A stretch of DNA of 52,615 nucleotides from the NCBI GenBank assembly GCA_964508125.1, contig CAZDTC010000001.1:1-52615 (forward strand). Reading direction: 5' to 3'. Below the pieces are notes generated by a model. The model made no database searches and was not told the origin of the DNA. It saw only the letters and a program-made list of their open reading frames with translations. Source of the DNA: an uncultured Candidatus Kuenenia sp. GTDB lineage: Bacteria; Planctomycetota; Planctomycetia; Pirellulales; UBA1268. Shown here one piece after another: positions 8,126 to 15,153 of this stretch. Position numbers and translations under genes: made by a program. Within the stretch, counting starts at the first letter, position 1. Each line of letters starts with the position of its first letter.

Positions 8126-11100
8126 GTGGCCGTCCCGCCGGGGCCCGCAACGATGTTTGTACCCTCCCGCGACACACTCGATACATCCTGTCGCGACGAT
8201 GCATCGGCTGACCCGCAGCGTGCTGTACGGCTGGTCAGCGACATGGGCCCTCTCGGGCGGCTCTGGCTGCGGCCCGATGTTCTCGCGTTGGCGGAGCGAT
8301 TTGCCGGCGGTGCGTCGCTGCCGCGGGCTCCACTGGGTACTGGCGGGTTTCACGCCCTGCTTCTGACACCGGGCCGCGGCCGCTATGCAGCGCTCCGCCC
8401 AGCGTTCGCCCTGCCGCTTCGGTGGGTGGCCGGCGACACCCATTCCCCTCATCTTCCGCCGGGACTCACCGACTTCGCCACAACGCTGCTCGCCGAACAT
8501 GAGATCGAGTTCGGCATCGCCCCTCCTCCCACGGGCCATTGGACGCTGCAACTCGGCGGCTTTCTCGAGGGGCGGTGCGACTTCTCGCAGTTCGACTTCG
8601 GATGCGAGTGGGATTCGGCGACAGCGTCGCTGCTCGGCGGATTGCTGCTCGCGGTGATCGGGGCACCACCCGATGAGCAGGTGATGGCGTCAATCGCCTG
8701 GGGCCCGGGCGGTCTTGGCCGGGTGGAGGGCATTGCCGACAAACTCGACGCTGCCCGCGACGCGGATGCCCGACTCGCATTCCTCGCCGCCGCCGATCGC
8801 GAAGACGCAGCCCGCTGGCACGTCGCCAATCCTGACGCTCCGCTGCGAACCATCGTGCTCGAGTCCCGACCCACGCTTCGTGAGTCGCTGGCTCCCTTCC
8901 TCCAGGCGATCGAGGCCCGGCCCAGCGCCGATGCCCCCCTCCCGGAGCTGCAGCGGTTCTACGAAAAGCGGCTCTTGGGGGCCGATTTCGCCGAGCACCG
9001 TCGCAGCTTTTACCTCGACGTAGTCGTCGATCGTATCGCCGCCGACTATCGGGGCCCACTTCCGCCCGCCGATCCGTGCCGCAACCTGATCGGCGTGGTC
9101 GGCCCGGGCGCGGCTCCGCCGCTGGCGTTCCTCGCCCGCGTGCTGGCCCCGCGCCGGGTGCTGCTCCTGCACGACGCGCAGGCCGCCAGGCACGCCGAGG
9201 CGCTCGAGGCCCACCTCACAGGCGTCCGCGGCGTCGCCGTGACATCGCACGAGTTCAAGACGCTCTTCGGCCCGCTCGACGAGTTGCGACCGGAGGTTGA
9301 GCGGGCGATTGCCGCATTTCTTGGTGACGACCCGGTCGACGACGGCTTCGTGGACACGGTGATCGACCTCACTGGCGGAACCCGGCGGCTGCCCTTCGTC
9401 CTGCTCGACATCGCGCCCGCGCGAGCCGCTTGCGTGCACATCGATGCCGAACGCGTGAGCGGTCAGATCGAGAGAATCGGCACGGAGAAGATCGTCACGA
9501 TCGACGTCCCGAGGGCGGGGCGATTGGCGTCGAAACTTCTTGCCGCGCTGTCCCAGGGTTCCGTGTCGGTGCCGGTATGGCACCTCGCGCCACTTGACCG
9601 ATGGCACCTGCTGCGTGACACGTGCCTTGGCCACGCCCCCGTCCGCGGCGGCATGCGCACTCGTGATCTGCCGCTTGACCCCGAGGCTCGCGAACTGGTG
9701 CAGACAGCCGCCCGTGTCCAGTCGAGCGAATACGAAGTGGGCGGCAAGGTGAAATGTCGTTTCGGAGATTGGCTTTACCTGTTCGCGGTTCTCGTCGAGC
9801 CGGCGTTGGCGAAATCACCCGATGCGGCCCACGCGGCGATCCGCGAATGCATGCTGGAGCTGCGGCAGGCTCTCGGACTCAGTGAGCTCCGGGATTTCGC
9901 CAACAAGTGCCCGTTTCACCACCGTCTGCTTGGCATCCTCGGCCTGAGCCGGCAGGAGTGGCAGCGACTCGCGTCTGAGGGCACTTCTTTTGAGCGGGAA
10001 CGACTGGTCGCGAGGCTCGGCGCCCGTGTCTGCGCTGCATTCCGTAGCCCCGAGCCCCCACACCTTTCACCGGAAGATCCGGATGTGCTCTCCTGGGCCG
10101 TACGTGCGATTGGGGCCAAGGATCGTGACCGAGAACTTCTCCAGGATCTCGCTGACGCAAAGCGGGTTCTGGTGACGATCAAGCCGAAGGATATCCAGCC
10201 GTACATGCATCGCGCGAAGATGCATTGGATGATGAGGGGGGCGAGCGTCTGGTGTGCGCAGTCGCTGGGCTTCGCCCGCGACCACATCCTCGAAAAGCAA
10301 GGCGGACTGCTACTCAGCGACCTTGATGCCCTCGTGGCATTCGTGTTTCCCGAAAATGCTCCCGTGGTGAAAGACATGCTTCAGGGTGTCGCGGCCGCGT
10401 GGGCGAACCCTGCATCCTTCAAAACCAAATTCCCACGTCTTGCCGCTTACCACCCAGCCAACGAACAACACCGCCACCACGGCATCGACCCCATTCAGTC
10501 GCTGCCGCTCCTATCTGCGTGGCGATATCCAACGACGTCGCTTCTCGATCTCTGCGTTGCACGCGGTTCGCGCGCCCCTGAAATGCGTGGTGAAATTCCA
10601 CGACCTCTGCCGCGCGACGCCGCCACAGCCGCAGGCGACGTTCCATGCTCCTTCGTCGAGCGGGAAAACGCCTATGTTTCACAATCACCCACGTGGCTGA
10701 CTGACCGCAGCGACCGACAACGGGAGAATTATGGTTGGTCGGCGCTCTGCTGGTCGCTCGCTGGGACAACCCTGCGGACCCACTGGCATCACGGCGTGTG
10801 CGCAGCACTGAACCGTGACGACTACCCGATGATGGCGGTCAGCCACGGCGGCTGGCTCGAGCATCTCAAGATGAAGACCGAGCGGCTAACTTTTGTGAAA
10901 CTGGATGGAGACGGTGTTGGAGAGCGTTTTCTCAATGAATCATTTCCAAGTCGCCCACTTCTCGGCCTGAAACTCGGCCGGCTTGTTCAGGAGCGGGTCT
11001 TGGCGGCCACACGGCGCGTGCTCGAGGTTCACGACGCGGCGAAACGCCCAAAGTATCTCCCCGTCGACCTGGTTTACTTCGGCGGCGATGATATTTTCTT

Positions 11101-11491
11101 CTGCCTACCAGGCTGCTACCTCGAGCCATTTCTGCAGGGCTTCGGCCAATCGTTCGATGGGAGCGAACTCGCTCCATGGAAGTCCACGCGTTTCAGCGCT
11201 CTATCTGTCACCCTGCCGCCGGGGTCGGACTTCAAGGACAACGGCCGACTGTCGCAGTCGGAGGAATTCGCCCGCGCGAACCTGGCAGCTGCAAAGACGC
11301 TCGCTCCCGGCCTGCGGGACCTCGTCAAGCGAGGGCACCCTGATGACGCCACTCTCGCCAAGCTGAACAATTCAGTCGCGCCCCTGGGCTATCGCTGCGA
11401 GTGGGGCGGGACCCATGCAGACACCGGCATCGTCCACGGCGTCAGCCTCAGGCTCGTCCGGCTTACCCGCGACCCCGCGATTTCCGGCTGA
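8126..11491 (+). CDS. Multidomain protein: Lon-like (S16) Ser/Lys protease motif + CARF-like Rossmann domain + helical region + C-terminal GGDD palm (mCpol/Cas10-like cyclase) domain
   Basis: Lon-like: 'EWDSATASLLGGLLLAVIGAPPDEQVMASIAWGPGGLGRVEGIADKLDAA' parallels the Lon 'GDSAS...AL.G.P....VA.TG.....G.V..VGG...K..AA' pattern (Ser164 at nt 8615-8617, Lys206 at 8741-8743). CARF-like: 'RRVLLLHD...VIDLTGGTRRLPFVLL' (TGGT at nt 9371-9382). Palm: 'LTFVKLDGDGVGERF' (nt 10904-10915) and 'VDLVYFGGDDIFFCLPG' (GGDD at nt 11081-11092), as in Cas10 / minimal CRISPR polymerase. No HD domain was seen. Confidence 0.6.
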   Translation: MAVPPGPATMFVPSRDTLDTSCRDDASADPQRAVRLVSDMGPLGRLWLRPDVLALAERFAGGASLPRAPLGTGGFHALLLTPGRGRYAALRPAFALPLRWVAGDTHSPHLPPGLTDFATTLLAEHEIEFGIAPPPTGHWTLQLGGFLEGRCDFSQFDFGCEWDSATASLLGGLLLAVIGAPPDEQVMASIAWGPGGLGRVEGIADKLDAARDADARLAFLAAADREDAARWHVANPDAPLRTIVLESRPTLRESLAPFLQAIEARPSADAPLPELQRFYEKRLLGADFAEHRRSFYLDVVVDRIAADYRGPLPPADPCRNLIGVVGPGAAPPLAFLARVLAPRRVLLLHDAQAARHAEALEAHLTGVRGVAVTSHEFKTLFGPLDELRPEVERAIAAFLGDDPVDDGFVDTVIDLTGGTRRLPFVLLDIAPARAACVHIDAERVSGQIERIGTEKIVTIDVPRAGRLASKLLAALSQGSVSVPVWHLAPLDRWHLLRDTCLGHAPVRGGMRTRDLPLDPEARELVQTAARVQSSEYEVGGKVKCRFGDWLYLFAVLVEPALAKSPDAAHAAIRECMLELRQALGLSELRDFANKCPFHHRLLGILGLSRQEWQRLASEGTSFERERLVARLGARVCAAFRSPEPPHLSPEDPDVLSWAVRAIGAKDRDRELLQDLADAKRVLVTIKPKDIQPYMHRAKMHWMMRGASVWCAQSLGFARDHILEKQGGLLLSDLDALVAFVFPENAPVVKDMLQGVAAAWANPASFKTKFPRLAAYHPANEQHRHHGIDPIQSLPLLSAWRYPTTSLLDLCVARGSRAPEMRGEIPRPLPRDAATAAGDVPCSFVERENAYVSQSPTWLTDRSDRQRENYGWSALCWSLAGTTLRTHWHHGVCAALNRDDYPMMAVSHGGWLEHLKMKTERLTFVKLDGDGVGERFLNESFPSRPLLGLKLGRLVQERVLAATRRVLEVHDAAKRPKYLPVDLVYFGGDDIFFCLPGCYLEPFLQGFGQSFDGSELAPWKSTRFSALSVTLPPGSDFKDNGRLSQSEEFARANLAAAKTLAPGLRDLVKRGHPDDATLAKLNNSVAPLGYRCEWGGTHADTGIVHGVSLRLVRLTRDPAISG

Positions 11492-11584
11492 AATCGCGCT
11501 TTTTTCCCGTCGGTCACGCTTCGCGGCCCCCGAGCGTACTTCCCGTGTCGACCGATATTCGCTCCGACACGATAGGAACCCGCC

Positions 11585-12562
11585 ATGAACAACCGCACTC
11601 TCGCCCTGCTCGTCGCCGCCATCCTCGCAGTGGTCACCATTTTCGGCCTTCAGTCGCAGCAGAGCGCCGTCGTGGTTCGCCCCGTCCCTGCCGATGTGGC
11701 CGCCGGCACCTATGACCGCATCCACCTGAGCGTAGCCGCCGCGACGGCGCGAAACGAGCAGGCTGCCCGACTCTGCGAGAGCGAGATCAACATGATCCTT
11801 GCCCGCGAGTTTCCCGAGATCGAGCGCCGCGGGAACAAGGTCGCCGAGGAGGTCGCAAGCTATGGCTCCTGCTGCACGATCATCTACCGCCTGGCCAAGG
11901 AGAAGCTCGGTTGGTCTTCGAGCACGGCCGACTACGTCGAGGGCGAGATCCGCGGTCGCCTGCAGCCGGCCCTCGACACGTGCGGCCGCGAACTCGACAC
12001 GGCCCTCGACCGCTGTGAACTCGCCCTCAGGGAGAGCACGGTGATGCTGGCGACTGAGCTTGCCCAGATGAGTCCGTCTCGGGCTGACCAGTCGATGAAC
12101 ATCGCCGTGGACGTCCGCACCGGCGGTGACCTTGACCAAGCCCTTCGCAATCTTGGCCTCAGCGGCGGCATTCTCACGGTGAGCGGCGCCTTCGACGTGG
12201 TCGCCATCATGAACACCACCGTCTTCCGCACCATGATCCGCACGATCGTGGAGTTGGCTGCATCCCTGTTCGCCACGCCTGCCGCCACTGCTGCTGGCTC
12301 GGCGGCCGTGGCGGCCGCTGACGGCCCTCTGCCGGTGGGCGACGTCATCGCGGTGCTGGGTGGAGCCTGGACGGCCTACGACATCTACGCAACCCGACGT
12401 GAGTTCGAGCGGGAAATCAAGGCTTCACTCTCGAACGCCCTGCCGGAGATGAAGCGAACCGTCCACCACCAGCTCATGGAGCGACTCCACTCGCTCCAGT
12501 CCGAGTACCAGCGGGCTCAAGACCGGATCCGCAACGAGATGGCCTTGAACCTCACCCGATAG
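11585..12562 (+). CDS. Membrane protein, family A (paralog of 44665..45696)
   Basis: N-terminal TM segment 'LALLVAAILAVVTIFGL', then a helical domain, then C-terminal hydrophobic segments with the conserved 'DGPLPVGDVIAVLGGAWTAYD'. An SD-like 'aggaa' precedes the ATG. Clear similarity by eye to the 44665 ORF. Confidence 0.65.
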   Translation: MNNRTLALLVAAILAVVTIFGLQSQQSAVVVRPVPADVAAGTYDRIHLSVAAATARNEQAARLCESEINMILAREFPEIERRGNKVAEEVASYGSCCTIIYRLAKEKLGWSSSTADYVEGEIRGRLQPALDTCGRELDTALDRCELALRESTVMLATELAQMSPSRADQSMNIAVDVRTGGDLDQALRNLGLSGGILTVSGAFDVVAIMNTTVFRTMIRTIVELAASLFATPAATAAGSAAVAAADGPLPVGDVIAVLGGAWTAYDIYATRREFEREIKASLSNALPEMKRTVHHQLMERLHSLQSEYQRAQDRIRNEMALNLTR

Positions 12563-12572
12563 GAGCCCTTCC

Positions 12573-13484
12573 ATGACCACCTTCAGCCGCCGCCTTGTCC
12601 TCGCGTCGCTTCCCCTGCCGGTGGCGTTTGCCGTCGCCACGTCCGGCGTCGCCTTCGCCGTGCCGGGCGTGGGAACGCTCGTGCGCGAGACCGTGGAAAT
12701 GGCCGTCAAGAAGAGCGGCCGTGAGGTCGTCGAGCGTGCTTCTCGGGAAGTGGCCGAGCAGGCCATCGAGAAGGGTGTGGCGAAGTACGGGCCTCGGGCG
12801 GCCCAGGCCGTCGTCGACGGCGGCATGGAGCTCGTTGAGGCATCCGCGAAGTACGGCGACGACGTCATGCGGGTGGCTGTTGAGGCGACACCAGCGGCAC
12901 GCCGGGCGCTCGCGCTCGAACCGGGCCGGATGCTGCCCCTCGTCCGCGAACTCGGCCAGGAGGCCGTCGAGCTCGAGGCCAAGGCGCCGGGCCTCGCCCA
13001 AAGGGTGTTCACCACCTTTGGCGACGACGGCGCGCGGCAGATCGCCCGAACGGTTCCGGCAGAAGACGTGCCGCGGCTGCTTTCCCACGCCGAGCGGGCC
13101 GAATCTCCGGCTGTGCGTCGCGCACTCCTCGACGCTTACAAGAAGGAGGGGCCCGCGATGTTTGCGAAAATCACGCCCAAAATAGTTGTTGCCATCGGGG
13201 CGAGCGGCGCCCTCGTGTACGGCACTCACCGGATGACCGGTCCGTTCGCTGCCTTGGCCCACTGGATGCGCATCAATCCTGATGCGGCCCGTGACATGCT
13301 TCGGGGGCTTCTTTGGATCATGGGCACGGTCGCCGTCCTGACGACGGTCTTTGTACTGGGATCCTTTCGCCTCACCCCGTGGCACGCTCGACGGCCAGCA
13401 GATCACTGGAAGGCAACAGGCTCAGATCCTACGGGGACTGCAGCGGGGGACCGACGCACCGCTATCGACGGCGTGTCCGGTTGA
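12573..13484 (+). CDS. Membrane protein, family B (paralog of 45708..46628)
   Basis: Signal/TM 'LVLASLPLPVAFAVATSGVAFA', a helical Ala/Glu/Arg-rich domain and two C-terminal TM segments. SD 'aggag' lies 8 nt upstream, directly after the stop of the previous gene. Similar along its length to the 45708 ORF. Confidence 0.65.
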   Translation: MTTFSRRLVLASLPLPVAFAVATSGVAFAVPGVGTLVRETVEMAVKKSGREVVERASREVAEQAIEKGVAKYGPRAAQAVVDGGMELVEASAKYGDDVMRVAVEATPAARRALALEPGRMLPLVRELGQEAVELEAKAPGLAQRVFTTFGDDGARQIARTVPAEDVPRLLSHAERAESPAVRRALLDAYKKEGPAMFAKITPKIVVAIGASGALVYGTHRMTGPFAALAHWMRINPDAARDMLRGLLWIMGTVAVLTTVFVLGSFRLTPWHARRPADHWKATGSDPTGTAAGDRRTAIDGVSG

Positions 13485-13572
13485 TGCCTGGTCTCCGTTC
13501 TGACCGCCGCAGTTGGCAATTGCGGTCGAAGCCTCTGCAATTATTGCTTCATGCACGCAACGAGTCACTGCC

Positions 13573-15153
13573 TCAGCATTGAACTGCATGCCTGATGGCA
13601 TCACACACCCGACGGCAGACGGCGTCCACATGCACGAGGTCGACTGCGGCCTCCGTATCCGACTCTCGATTGTGAGCAAAAGTGTCCCTCGTGATCCGCA
13701 GGCTGTCGAGATCGTTGAACAGCCCTGGAAGGTAGCGAACGGCAGCCGCCACGAGTTGCGAGTGCGCCGCGACGCTCGGCGGGTCACACAGCACCAACGG
13801 CAACAGCCAGATCGTAATACTCTCGCCGAAGCCGCACTTATCGCTCTGGATCAATTGCACGGCCGGAACGATCTTCCTGGCCGACTCGACGCTTCGGCAT
13901 AGGTGCGTAAACGACCCTGCTACCGCCTCCCTGAGACCAATTCGGTCAAAAGCTTCCGTCACATTCCGCTCGCCCACTCGCGACTCGATCACGGCGGCCT
14001 GCTGCTGACGAGGCAGCCGCTGCAATTGCTCCCACCACCCCAGCACATGGTCACGCGACTGGTGCCGCAGTTCGACGCCGATTTGTTCAATCAGGTGCTC
14101 GTATCCAGAGCACGCATCGCGGTACGTGGGTGCTCCGGCCTGCCACTGAACCAGGTTCCTGTGCGGAGTGTCAACCCAGTCCGCTACTATCGGCAGGACG
14201 CTGCGCAGGTCATCCACAGTCCATCCTGCTCTCTTTCGGTGAGCGGTCACGCGACGCTCGAGTTCGGCGGCGCTACCGATAACCGTTGGCAGATGAGACA
14301 TCTCGTAGAGTTCTTGGCAGCGATTCTCCACCTCTGCATACACCTCGGGCACGTTGGTGTTCATCCACTGCCCAAGCCGCTCATCCACCGGACCGTCGGA
14401 CTCGGCCGAATCAGTGTCCTCTGGCAGGCTCACGACCGGTGCATGAAATACAGCCAAAGGGCGATCGCTGACCCGCGGAATCAATACAACTTTGGACCAC
14501 ACGCACGTTCGCTTCCATGGGCCGCCGATGGGCTCGCGAGCCTGATCCCTGAGGATGGATCTGACACGTAGAGCGCCTCGCTCGGGCAACGAAGTGGCTG
14601 GAAGATCAGGAAACGACACATCCGCGCCAGCGTCATCGTCATCGCTCGCTTCATCGTCGTCGGCATCTTCCTCGGAGGCTGCTCCCAGGGGCTCGATCCT
14701 CAAGCTCGGCCAACCCGGCAGCATGCGGAGTTCGAAGTCCAGGTCGACGTCCTTGACGCATGCTCGCATGTCGATCGAAACGCGCGGCGATGGCAGATCT
14801 CGGTCGAGCCAGACGGCAGGCAAGAGGCTGGCTGTATGGGGAGCAACGAAAACCCAGCCAGGCATCAGGGCTCTTCCGGCAATGTGCGAGTCAGAGGCAT
14901 TGCTCGCGACAAACAATTCCTTGCTTCCCTCGACGACCTTGCACAGTTGCTCGTCGATGAGCAGGTTCACCGCGGACTGGACGATGTCCTCGGGAATCGC
15001 GAGTTTCCGGACCATGTCCTGGATCGACTGCGCTCCGGCCTCCATCAAGCGGAGAACGGTCTCCGACAGAAGATCGAGATGATCCTCCGCGTCTATCGCG
15101 ATCTGAACCGGCACTGCCACCGTCGGAATCGAAACCCAAAGCACTTTTCTCAT
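13573..15153 (-). CDS. wHTH-like N-terminus, acidic linker, C-terminal HEPN-like (Rx4H) domain protein
   Basis: The start at 15153 overlaps the helicase stop (ATGA), indicating coupling. The N-terminus 'LSETVLRLMEAGAQSIQDMVRKLAIPEDIVQSAVNLLIDEQL' is wHTH-like. An acidic run 'ASEEDADDDEASDDDDAGAD' follows. The C-terminus 'LRITRDTFAHNRES' contains R-D-x3-H (nt 13672-13689), the HEPN RNase signature. Confidence 0.55.
   Translation of the reverse strand: MRKVLWVSIPTVAVPVQIAIDAEDHLDLLSETVLRLMEAGAQSIQDMVRKLAIPEDIVQSAVNLLIDEQLCKVVEGSKELFVASNASDSHIAGRALMPGWVFVAPHTASLLPAVWLDRDLPSPRVSIDMRACVKDVDLDFELRMLPGWPSLRIEPLGAASEEDADDDEASDDDDAGADVSFPDLPATSLPERGALRVRSILRDQAREPIGGPWKRTCVWSKVVLIPRVSDRPLAVFHAPVVSLPEDTDSAESDGPVDERLGQWMNTNVPEVYAEVENRCQELYEMSHLPTVIGSAAELERRVTAHRKRAGWTVDDLRSVLPIVADWVDTPHRNLVQWQAGAPTYRDACSGYEHLIEQIGVELRHQSRDHVLGWWEQLQRLPRQQQAAVIESRVGERNVTEAFDRIGLREAVAGSFTHLCRSVESARKIVPAVQLIQSDKCGFGESITIWLLPLVLCDPPSVAAHSQLVAAAVRYLPGLFNDLDSLRITRDTFAHNRESDTEAAVDLVHVDAVCRRVCDAIRHAVQC

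Noticed and set aside
8126-11491. Calling the 1121-aa protein Cas10
   Set aside because: It has no HD nuclease domain and no second palm or zinc-finger arrangement recognisable by eye, and there are no partner Csm/Cmr subunits. The domain order (Lon-like, CARF-like, helical, single palm) differs from Cas10. It is better described as an mCpol-like fusion pending profile searches.
12541-12560. 9-nt match (CTTGAACCT) to the tRNA-Pro T-arm region as a possible att repeat
   Set aside because: It is too short to be meaningful and lies inside a coding region at a gene junction. There is no extended similarity to the tRNA 3' segment.
13507-13525. Inverted repeat CCGCAGTTGGCAATTGCGG in the convergent gap as a bidirectional terminator
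   Set aside because: The stem is imperfect and there is no flanking T/A tract on either strand. It is plausible but not supportable as a terminator from sequence alone.
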